Part shown: piece by piece, positions 46,901 to 58,800 of the stretch
Numbering within the stretch: the stretch's first letter is position 1
Layout of the letters: each line of letters begins with the position of its first letter
Origin: Macrostomum lignano
Lineage: Eukaryota
DNA: 64,000 nucleotides
Direction of reading: 5' to 3'
NCBI GenBank assembly: GCA_002269645.1
Contig: NIVC01001774.1
Span: 62,001 to 126,000 of the forward strand
Notes under the pieces: model-generated
What the model was told of the DNA's origin: nothing
Seen by the model: only the letters and a program-made list of their open reading frames with translations
Databases searched by the model: none
Program-made: the position numbers and the translations under genes

Positions 46901-49900
46901 AGCATAAATATACTATTTGTGTTATGCTCCTCCAATATGTTATTTAAAAAATTGAGAGCCTGCGTGCACAGCAGCCACCCACCAAGTGTTTTAATTGCGT
47001 GCATGGCAGCTGCATCTTGATACAGTATGTACGTCTCGTACATCGTGGACATGCAGCAAAACTGTATATACATGTAGTAGTATTGTGCACTAATAATAAA
47101 GATTGTCTATATATACACACATGACTAACTGCATTTTTAATGAATGTAGCACAAATACATAGCAATGAAATATCTTAAAATGAATACTGAGATAAAGCTG
47201 CGATAAAAAATACAATAAAATATTTAATACTGATAGATACTATAAAAACTGAAGTAAGGGCCTATAATGTAGAAAATCAATATGAATGTTATTATAATAT
47301 GCAAAAAACCATGTAATAATAATATGCATACATGCGCAACAGCTGGCAGTTGGCCGATTGATTTGATGGCCAACCAAGATAAGTCGCAAAAATGCCCACC
47401 CAAATAGATACATCAAGTAGTACTAAGTAGATGATGAAGCATTTTGCCTTAATAAGACAGTCATAGTTACTCCTGCCGTTCACCCAAACTTGCATTAATT
47501 TTGCTTTAGGGTTTCTTTTACATGTAAGTCGCATTTTTGGCCAACAACTACGTCACATTTTTGTTAAAACTAAGTTGCAAGGCTGACTGAATTTTGGAGG
47601 TTGCACATGTATGATAATATGTAAAAGAAACTTCTGATCTGCAAGTCGAACAATTCGAATAATCAAATTAATTTTGTTGTGATGACAGATGAATAAGAAT
47701 AAAGGAATGCGTCCTTAGCTTGGTAGAATGCACCCTAATTTTTTCATATTTAGTTTGTATAATATATTTAAATTAGAGTAATTAGTTCTATTATTGAAAC
47801 TGAATAGACTCTGGAATGGGAATGGCTACGCTACTCTTATGGCTTAAGGTTACCACGGCACCCAGAACCGATGGCCCTAACACCCAACACAGCGCATTTG
47901 CGTTTGAAATACGATAGGATTAATATACAGTAAAACAATAGTAGTAGAGTCTGTATAGTAAGTATCGCAGAAAGAAGAACTTGCTACTGAATAAATATAT
48001 ACTGACTAAATAATTAAAAAATAATTTTCAGAAATGCGATATATTATAAAAAGTACATCGATTCAAATGATATGTTCTAGGCCCCTTCGCTATTTTATAA
48101 TATCCCACCGATTTGTCACCAAATCGTACTAGAAATCGTCTATCCTATTCTAAGAAAATGTATTAAGCCTATATTTCTAAAAATCCTACATTATACTTAC
48201 ATGTACTTTAATTATACGCTATGGGCTATCGTCGGTACGAATTACCCTGGGTAGCTTCAGTGCCCGAGCGGCAAGACACTGCTGACTACTACTAAACTCT
48301 TAAACTATACAGTCCAAACACGGCGTTACCACGGACTGAGGGGTTTCCGGCTTTAATATACTGTCTCTCCCGACTAATACTGCATCACGCTTAGCTACAA
48401 CAGCCTGAATCTATTTCTTGGGAATCCTCCCTTTCTACTGGGCAATCCGCCCTTTCTTTTACTGAGCAAAACGCTTGTTCAGCAATCCCTGCTTAACTGC
48501 ACTGGCAAAACGCCCTTTCTATCCAACACAGTATTTCCAACTCACAATCCTGCTTAAATGACCAAGTCAGAAAACCAAAGAAATCTTAATTTCTAGGTTA
48601 CTGAGTATTGAACCCTAAAGGTTAAAGAAAACGTTCGATTTTCATCTTATATTTATACTAGTCAAAGTCTTTCCTTATTGGTTTGCTCTACACTCATTTT
48701 AACAACATTGAATTAAAACAAATTATTCGCCTCACTTAAACAAAATTTCTACGTTGAAAACCAAATAATGCATTAAAACAAAAATATACGGCATTTGTTA
48801 TTTGGCGGGAATTTAACTTTTAAGAATAACAATAAAAAATTTTCAGAGTAGAATAAAATATAGGCCCTTTTACAGATACATAAAAATACTTTACAAGTAC
48901 TATAAATGAGTACCTACATTTTACAATTGCACTGTTACAGTTTGTTGCTGCTATTAAAAGAACTAAATTAAATAGCTAGATTGTGAGAACACGTTCATAA
49001 TACATGTGTTTTTAACGTTTTAGTGTGCATCCAGTGTCTACATTGTTGGAATTATACTAGTGTATCATGCCAGACTGAATGTTGAGACGAGATTCATACA
49101 TTATGTTAGCATGAAGTGCCAGCATAGTGCTATTTTTATGCTGACTCTATGCGACTAACATGCCTGTCCAATTATATAGTAAATCCATGTAGCTTTTTGT
49201 GAGCAAATCACCAACCAGCATACCAATGACGCGGTTTGACGCCTTCTCTCTTTTTGTGGCTTATAATAGTGGCTTATAATAGAAATAGTGGCTTATAATA
49301 GACATTCAATTTAAAATATAAGGTTTTATTGATTTTTCTCTTTGAAATTTTATTTTACGATGGCTGCCATGCTTGCAATTAAAACACTGGCAGTGGTTAG
49401 ACAGCTACTAACCATGCATGCATAAGTTTAAGTTTTACTAACCTAAAACCAAGTAGTTGGATTTCTATCCTCCAAATATTTGTACTTTTTATTACCTCAT
49501 ACTTTTCAGTTAGCTGTCTCCCTTTGTCTACCATGTCTTTCTCACAGACTATTGTAACCATTAATTTACCACAGATAATTTGGCTGGCTTGTTCATCATT
49601 GTTAGGCCTAGTATAAATACAACTTCAACCCGCAGCCACAGCTTAGGCCCTTCACCCCCTTCTTTTCTGCCCCCGCTAATCATATAGGCCCCTATAGCTT
49701 GTGTTATTAGTTTATTGTCTATACGACAATAGAAAACCTAAGTTGCTTTATAGTATGTAGCATATAGTCCAAAATATACATATGTATAGGCCTAATATAT
49801 ATTTAAGATTGTAGTCCATTATAGGCCTATGTATAATTAGAAAGGTAGCCTTTGTTATAAAAACTTCTAGTATATTCAAAGGGCACTAAAATACTTAGGC

Positions 49901-50466
49901 CTAATGTATAATCAGGGCATATTTTGACTTTCCTAGTATATGTAGTATACAAGTTTTTTGGTTTTGTAGTTATCATGGGCAATAGTGACTTGCAAGTTGC
50001 AAGTTATAAGTTAAAGCATAGTTGGCTCAGATGTGAAATCAATAGGGGGGGGGGGGCCTATAGTTAACAATGGCTTGCAATAGACATGCTATGTTGAGGA
50101 TGATTAAGGGGATGCTTATAGCTTAGCCAAGTGGTTTCAAAGTCACTATAGGCTAATTCAATAGGTTGTCCATTGAAGCTACCAGGCCCTTGCCAAACTT
50201 GCCATAGAATGCTAGCACATAGCCAAAAAGTGCATGTATCTTTAGTATCACTAGAAGCTTAAGGTACCTATCTGCATGTCATTTGGAAGCAAGCAATATA
50301 GAGACTAAAGTCAGCTGCTAGACTTTGGCCAAAGCAAGCTTTGCATATAGCATTGAAGTCCTAAAGTGTAGTTCTAGTTGCATAAAGCTTCAATTGTGCA
50401 TGCAGCACACTATAGCTCATCTCATCTACCTTCAAAAGGAGCTTTTTGCACACTAGGCCCTTTAGG

Positions 50467-51310
50467 CAGTATTGGGCAAGTTACTAAAAAAAGTAACTTG
50501 CATTACTGTAACTTAAGTTACCAATTTTTAAAAAGTAACTTATGTTAGCCTAGTAACTTTAGACAAAAACCTGGTAACTTTTAAGTTACTATCTGTTACT
50601 CGCTTCTATTACCTATGTTATTAACAAAATTGTCTGCTTTTTCACATTGCACATTTTTTTCACATTGTTGTTACCAAAATTTGCCATTGGCATTGGGCAT
50701 TGGGATTAACCGATTAACAGATAGAGACAGGAATTGGCAACATGATGTGAGGCAAGTAGAAGGACCAATGGGCAATGGCAATCAATAATTAAAATTATAA
50801 ATGATAAAGTAAACAAATATCAATAATTCAATAGAGTAAAATAAATAGAACTATATAAAATGATGTAGTGTACTGCAGTGCCAGTAGAGGGACTTGTGGA
50901 GACTACAGATGAATTTCTTTCTTTGGTTGTCTGTTTGAATCAAACTTGAAAATTTTTAGTAACAAAAATGAAAGGCGAAAATATTTTACCGAAATTAACA
51001 AAGTAAAACATGTTTCAAGTATTTCTTCATAAATTAAGCGTAATACCATATGATACTATTCACTTAATTTTGAATTTAGGAATGAAAAATGCAAAAACAT
51101 GTGACAACCGGCATACTAGCTAAGCATTTCAGTTTTAAATTTAAATATTGCAATTGTTGCAAAGTAACTGTAATGGACTTCCGAAATTTGAGTAACTTAC
51201 TGTTACTCCGTTACTAAAATAAAAAAGTAACTTGCGTAAGGAACGATTTATGGAAAAGTAACTTGCGTTACCATTTGCAAGTTACTCGGTAACAGAAGTG
51301 CCCAACACTG
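50467..51310. mobile_element. hAT-type non-autonomous DNA transposon (MITE)
   Basis: TIR CAGT(A/G)TTGGGCA; perfect 8-bp TSD CCTTTAGG (50459-50466, 51311-51318); many subterminal GTAAC/GTTAC repeats; no ORF. Confidence 0.93.
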
Positions 51311-52811
51311 CCTTTAGGCAACCTCCAAGGCCTACTTATAGGCCTTGTTGCTATGCTAGCTTGCATTGAAAGCATCAACTAGTTCACAATGCCAAGCATC
51401 ATGTGCAACTCTGGTAGTGGTACTGGGTCTAGCAGTTTAGCAGAATCACTTTTAGGTAGCAATGAGATTAGATGCAGTTGGCAAAGTTTTTTGGCTAGAG
51501 GCTAGTGTCCCTGCCTGAAACTCACCTGCCAGGTGTCAAATTGAGCCAAGCATCTGTCTTTGTGCTGGCACTTCCCATGATGGCCTACCCTTATAGTACA
51601 CTAGCAGCAATGTAATCTTGGTAGTTGATACAACTAGCCACTTGAACTTGGAGTAGGCATCCACCTGTACTAGAAGTCAGGCTTGCTTGCAGTTGCTTAG
51701 AAGCCAGAAGAGGTGACTATACCTAGCTTCTCATATAGGAGACTGCAAGCTACATGCTACTTTGAGTTTGGGCTTAGGGCATCAAGATGGTAAAGCTTTG
51801 CTGCCTGTCCACATTGGGGCCTTAATCTATGTGCCACTGACAATGAGCACATTTTGCATTGTTTGAAAACACTGTCTACCATTGACCTAGGTACATTATT
51901 TGGAGAGCAACCAAGTGGTATCACAATCCTTGCTGCAAACAGCAAACTTGTCTGGCATAAAAGGGTGACATATTGCTGCATTCTTGTTGGCCCTGCTAGA
52001 GCCCACATGGCATATCTAGCAGTTGCAGTTGCACTCAAGGCATTTAAAAGTAAGTGGTGGAAGATAGTGCAGATAGGCAATAACTTGCTTGTATGACATT
52101 CTTGGTAGTAGAGGTGTTGATGCAGGTCTGTTACCAGTTACCATTGATATCATTGATACTTTCTTCATTGATATGATATATATAATATTAAACCATTGGA
52201 TATCTATCTTTCTTTCTATCTATTGGTTGAAGCTAGGAAAGTAAGAGGGTATAGGCTTTGTAACTCCAAGGGGTTTGAATAATGTCTATGGCCACTTATG
52301 AGTATAGTTTTATAAAGGAGAGATTCTAGGTCACGTGAAAGACTAAATTGTCTATGGCCATTTCAGCTAGCTGCTATCTAGTATTATAAAATTGTGAAAA
52401 AATTGTGCCTCAAAGTAAAGTGGTTAACTAAATATAATTTAAATTTGCACCAAAAAGACATTGTTGAACACTATAAACTATATTGAAACACCTAATGCAA
52501 TTCATTAAATCTGGAAAAAATTCAAACACTTTATAAACACAGGCTTTAAAGGTATTTAAAGATAAGAGTTAATAGTTTAAATAGCTTAGTTAGATTAATC
52601 TTATACTTTTCCATTAGCTGGCTTGTAAACTTTTGCCTTCAAAACAGAATTTAGAATTTTTCCCATCTAACATCGTAACCCGCGAATTCTTTGAATTTGT
52701 GTGTCTGCAAAAGACAAAAGGATGAGGATATCTTTTCCAAGACTTTAGATAAGATTAGATCAATAACTTTCACAACTTTTTCCATCTACTTGCTGTTTCT
52801 GCAGTTAAGGA

Positions 52812-55800
52812 ATGAGCAGCGATTCTCCTGCAGATGATTTGTATGGCAAAATATGGGAGGCGTCCAGCAAGGATGATAGAGAGGAGCCCGAGCCATTGTT
52901 CCCGCCTCCGCCAACATCGCCACCGCCACCTCCGCCAACATGTGAGCCACCGCTCCCCCCGCCGCCTGCATCAGCTTCCACCGATGTGGCAGTCCGGTCA
53001 ACTCTATGCAGTACCCGGTATTTAGGTGCTCCGTCAGATCATTCCCAGCTGCCCAGCTGCGTCTCTGTAGTCATGGATGCAGAGTCTGGCGACGAATTAG
53101 AAGCTGGCTCTGACGAGAATATCTATTCTGATTTGACTTTGGACGAGAAGATGCGAATTACCAGCATCTCAGAGGAGGATTACCTGCGCGAAGGATTTAT
53201 GCAGATGCAGTACGGCTATCGCTGGATTAAGCGCTACCTTCGGCTCACCAATTACGAGTTGTTTATCTATGCGAAACAGTCTAGCATCGTTTCCAAGAAA
53301 ATTTTGCCGCTAAGCAAACTGCTGGATGTCAGGGTAAACAAAGGCAAGTTGGAGCTCGCTCTGAGCATGGACCGGCCGATCACCTTAGTGTTCAGGTAAA
53401 TCACTGCTTAATGATCTAATAGATTTATTAGTAGGCACTTATGAACTCTAACCATTCAGTAGACTGCGAACTGCCCTCCCAGATCTGTCAGTAGTCTGCG
53501 AACTGCCCTCCCATATCTGTCAGTAGTCTGCGAACTGCCCTCCCATATCTGTCAGTAGACTGTGAACTGCCCTCCCAGATCTGTCAGTAGTCTGCGAACT
53601 GCCCTCCCATATCTGTCAGTAGACTGTGAACTGCCCTCCCAGATCTGTCAGTAGTCTGCGAACTGCCCTCCCAAATCTGTCAGTAGACCACGAACTGCCC
53701 TCCCAGATCTGTCAGTAGACTGCGAACTGCGAACTGCCCTCCCAGATCTGTCAGTAGACTGCGAACTGCGAACTGCCCTCCCAGATCTGTCAGTAGACTG
53801 CGAACTGCGAACTGCCCTCCCAGATCTGTCAGTAGACTGCGAACTGCGAACTGCCCTCCCAGATCTGTCAGTAGACTGCGAACTGCGAACTGCCCTCCCA
53901 GATCTGTCAGTAGACTGCGAACTGCCCTCCCATATCTGTCAGTAGACTGCGAACTGCGAACTGCCCTCCCAGACCTGTCAGTAGACTGCGAACTGCCCTC
54001 CCAGATCTGTCAGTAGACTGCGAACTGCCCTCCCAGATCTGTCAGTAGACTGCGAACTGCCCTCCCAGATCTGTCAGTAGACTGCGAACTGCGAACTGCC
54101 CTCCCAGATCTGTCAGTAGACTGCGAACTGCCCTCCCAGATCTGTCAGTGCACTTTAAACACATTGATGCCGTTTAATTTCAAATATTTTCGATAACATT
54201 GAGATTTAATCCTTGGTCTGAGAATTGCACTACATCCTGAAGACTAAAGCGAGAGCTTTCAAACGATGTCCGCATATCCTTATTTCATTGGTTTAAATTG
54301 TCTCAAGGCAGTGCAGTCGGTATGACTGCGCCCTCATCTTTGCGTACATCGCCAAGTACGAGCATATGTTCGTTTTTATCACCCCTCTCCGCTCTCTTTC
54401 TCTCTTCCGTTGCATCTCTCGCAGAACGACTTGATTTTGTTAACAAGGCCGAAGTTAGCCTAAGCATTACAGTAAATGCTACCTTCACATTATGATAAGG
54501 CACAGATACAGTATACAGACACTGGCTGTTTTAAAAGCGGCCCTCTAGGCTCTTGACACTTGTTTCTAAATTTAGCCCAGCCGACATTCCACCCCCCCGA
54601 GTTAGTTCACCTCACTCAGACTTCAGCCATCGTCGCTCAAGCTACTCTTAGTAACAATATGAAGCTTCCACTGTACTTTATATGCTATATATATGTGTAT
54701 GTGTTTATACTCGTATATATTTATGAGCTGCGACTGGCAAACACAGGGCCGTTGACGATTCGGCAGAGGAAACCTATGACGAGCCGCCGGAGACGGTGTG
54801 GCAGAACTGCATCTATAGTAGAATCATATCTTTGAACCTGCCGCCGGGCTTCCTAGACGAGGAAGAGCTCGGCTGGGCTAAAGTGGTCGGCCGGCACAAA
54901 TACTTATTCGCATTGAATCGGAGGCGAGCCTATTTAGCCTACTATCGATCCGATGAAGAGTTCCGCGCTCACGTGCAGACTCATCGGATGTCGTTGCGCA
55001 CCTGCTTAATAAAACCTAATCCTACTAAGTCCGGCCTAGATCTGATATCGGCCAGTGTCCGGCTAACTCTGCAATTCGAGGACAGTCAGCGCTTGGAGAA
55101 ATTTCGCTCGTTAGTTGAATCGGCTATTCGCACTGATTGGACAGGCGAGGAGTCTGAGCCAGCCGCCGCCGCTGCCACAGACGCTTCAGCAGCCACCAAC
55201 CCAGTCAGCCAGCAGCTGCTCCAGGTCAACTCGAACTTGTCCACTTCCACATCGTCTCTGAGCCTGCCTGTTCGTCATCAGCGGTCAGCTTCAGACAGTT
55301 CAGCAGTAACAGCAGCAGCAGCCGCTGCCGTGATGACCGCCGTGCTTAAAAACGAATCAAATCGAGTTTGCGGAGACTGCGGCGCCGCTAATCCGCTGTG
55401 GGCCTCCTTGAATCTCTGCGTCACCCTGTGCGACGATTGCAGCGGGCATCACAGAAAACTGAGCACCGACTTCTCCAAGGTGCACGGGCTTAAATTTGAC
55501 GTGAAAGTCTGGACTGACGAAGTTGTACAGCTCTTTTTGCAGCTTGGAAACGGCGCTTCTAACAGGTGAGACTAATTCTGCGATTGGGCTGCGCTGCCAG
55601 CCTCCCAGATCCTCAGTTGTTGGGCCACCGCCACCCGATACCAGATCCTCAGTTGCTGGGCCAGCCTCCCAGATCCTCAGTTGCTGGGCCAGCCTCCCAT
55701 ATCCTCAGTTGCTGTGCCACCGCCACCCGATCCCAGATCCTCAGTTGCTGGGCCAGCCTCCCAGATCCTCAGTTGCTGGGCCAGCCTCCCAGATCCTCAG

Positions 55801-58800
55801 TTGCTGGGCCAGCCTCCCAGATCCTCAGTTGCTGGGCCAGCCTCCCAGATCCTCAGTTGCTGGGCCAGCCTCCCATATCCTCAGTTGCTGTGCCACCGCC
55901 ACCCGATACCAGATCCTCAGTTGCTGGGCCAGCCTCCCAGATCCTCAGTTGCTGGGTCACCGCCTCCCAGATCCTTAGATGCTGGGCCACCGCCTCCCAG
56001 ATCCTCAGTTGCTGGGCCACCGCCTCCCAGATCCTCAGTTGCTGGGCCACCGCCTCCCAGATCCTCAGTTGCTGGGCCACCGCTACCCGATCCCAGATCC
56101 TCATGCAGAGCCGCAAGCCAGGCAACGCAGTTACAAACGCAGCCTGCTGCACCCGGCTCCCATCCAAATTCAGTTTCTGGTGCCACAAGGAGCAGCCCAG
56201 GGTGGCGCTGCGGCAGTTCGCGACCCCCCAGGACCGGCTAAATTACATAGTTCGCAAATACGTTCGCAAAGCCCACGCCGACGACACGCCGCCCCTGGAG
56301 TTCGCCAACAGCAAACCGTTGGAGGCGGTGATGCGCGCGATCCACCTGTCCAAGTTGGACTCCGTTCAGCACCTGATCTCCGACAATTCTCTAGAGAAAA
56401 AGCTTGTAGATTTGAACAGAAAAGCTGTAGGCGAAGTCCTACTGTGGGATCAGTGCATCACTAGCGGCGAACAGTTGTGGCTGTGTCTGCGGTCCAACGG
56501 CTTACTGTGTCTGTATAAACAGGAGATGTCTGTGAAAGAGAAACTAGACTGTTCTCATTTGTGCTTCCTGCAACTGTCTGGCAGCTTTTTGCAGCTGGCA
56601 ACTGAGGCTGCATCGTTTCAACTGGCTATTAAAGAGCGACTGAGCGCCTGGTGGCATCAGCTGTGCAGGCATCTGCTGCCCGGCTTACCAGACGAGACAG
56701 CCGCCAATCAGTACAATATGGTGCTTAAAGTCACCGTGCAGATGGCAGAGTTTGGCAGCGAACCCCTGGACTGCATTCTGGTAGGCTTTATCCTTCATAT
56801 TGTACTCAAGGCGCTGGATCACCCCATCCCCAAATCAGCCTGATAATTGTCCCCAAATCAGCCTGACAATTGTCCCCAACTCAGCCTGACAATTGTCCCC
56901 AACTCAGCCTGACAATTGTCCCCAAATCACCCTGAAAATTGTCCCCAAATCAGCCTGACAATTGTCCCCAAATCAGCCTGACAATTGTCCCCAAATCCAC
57001 ATGGTAATTGTCCCCAACTCAGCCTGATAATTGTCCCCAAATCAGCCTGACAATTGTCCCCAACTCACCCTGAAAATTGTCCCCAAATCAGCCTGACAAT
57101 TGTCCCCAAATCAGCCTGACAATTGACCCCAAATCCACCTGGTAATTGTCCCCAAATCAGCCTGACAATTGTCCCCAAATCAGCCTGTAATTGTCCCCAA
57201 CTCAGCCTGACAATTCCGGCACCTACCTACAGGCATTCGGCCAGCGCCGCATGTGGGTGGTCACAGAGGGGCAGCTGGCCCCAGATCCAAAGCTCTGCTT
57301 CGACCTGCGCCACGTGCAGAGCTATCGCCAGTCTAACGACCAGCGTTGCTGCGTTCACCTGTGCCTGCCGCGCGGTCCGAGACAAGACGCCGTCAATTTG
57401 CGCATCGTCTCTCCGTCGCCGGACCATGCCAACGAGCTGCTGCGCGCGCTAGAATCCGCCCTAATTAGCGGGCAGAGTCTCGAGGACCAGCCGTTAGATT
57501 CTAAAGGCTTGCCATTATTGGCCTCCGCTTGCCTGCATTTCGTGGCCAACTACGGCTTTGAGACTGAGGGCATCTACAGGCTGGCCGGAAACCAGCAGCG
57601 GGTGGCGGAACTGCTTGCCGAATTCAAAAAGTCGCCGCTCAAATTTCGCTTGTTTTATACTCAGGTGAGACTCCGATATTCCCTACCCATGAAAGAAGTA
57701 AGAGGCGGGCAGTTATGCTGGATGAAGGGATTTATAATGCTGCGAGAGGATTAGGATTGGATAAGAGCAATGCAGGGGGTGGATTAGGATTGGATAAGAG
57801 CAATGCAGGGGGTGGATTAGGATTGGATAAGAGCAATACAGGGGGTGGATTAGGATTGGATAAGAGCAATGCAGGGGGTGGATTAGGATTGGATAAGAGT
57901 GATGCTGGGAGTGGATTAGGATTGGATTAGAGTGATGCTGGGGGTGGATTAGGATTGGATTAGAGTGATGCTGGGGGTGGATTAGGATTGGATTAGAGTG
58001 ATGCTGGGGGTGGATTAGGGGTGGGATTAGAGTGATGCTGGGATTGGATTGGGGGTGGGATTAGAGTGATGCTGGGATTGGATTGGGGGTGGGATTAGAG
58101 TGATGCTGAGATTGGATTAGGGGTGGGATTAGAGATGCTGGAAGTGGATTAGGGGTGGGATAAAGTGATGCTGGGATTGGATTAGGGGTGGGATTAGAGA
58201 TGCTGGAAGTGGATTAGGGGTGGGATAAAGTGATGCTGGGAGTGGATTGGGGTGGGATTAGAGTGATGCTGGGAGTGGATTGGGGGTGGGATTAGAGTGA
58301 TGCTGGGATTGGATTAGGGGTGGGATTAGAGATGCTGGAAGTGGATTAGGGGTGGGATTAAAGTGATGCTGGGAGTGGATTAGGGGTGGGATTAGAGTGA
58401 TGCTGGGAGTGGATTAGAGTTAGGATTAAAGTGATGCTGGGAGTGGATTAGAGGTGGGATTAAAGTGATGCTGGGAGTAGATTAGGGGTGGGATTAGAGT
58501 GATGCTGGGAGTGGATTAGAGGTGGGATTAAAGTGATGCTGGGAGTGGATTAGAGGTGGGATTAAAGTGATGCTGGGAGTAGATTAAGGGTGGGATTAAA
58601 GTGATGCTGGGAGTAGATTAGGGGTGGGATTAGAGCAATGCTGGGAATATGATAACTTTGCTAGAAGGCAAGTAGGATAGGATGGGAAGGCTGTTGGAAG
58701 AAAATCAGGTGAGGAATGATGCTGGATGTCAACATGTGGGGCATTGGAATGGAGATTCAACAGTGTAATCTGCATCCGTATCTGTCCCCGCATCAAAAAC

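Noticed and set aside
51560-51690. Minus-strand VDAYSK integrase-like peptide and a CAG|GTGAGT donor near 51525
   Set aside because: Flanking residues do not match the rve core and all frames are interrupted; at most a decayed relic
55523-56843. 425-aa ORF reading through the ARAP intron 2 array
   Set aside because: The intron is 608 nt (not 3n) with clear GT/AG ends; splicing 55565 to 56174 restores the ArfGAP N-x-FW motif
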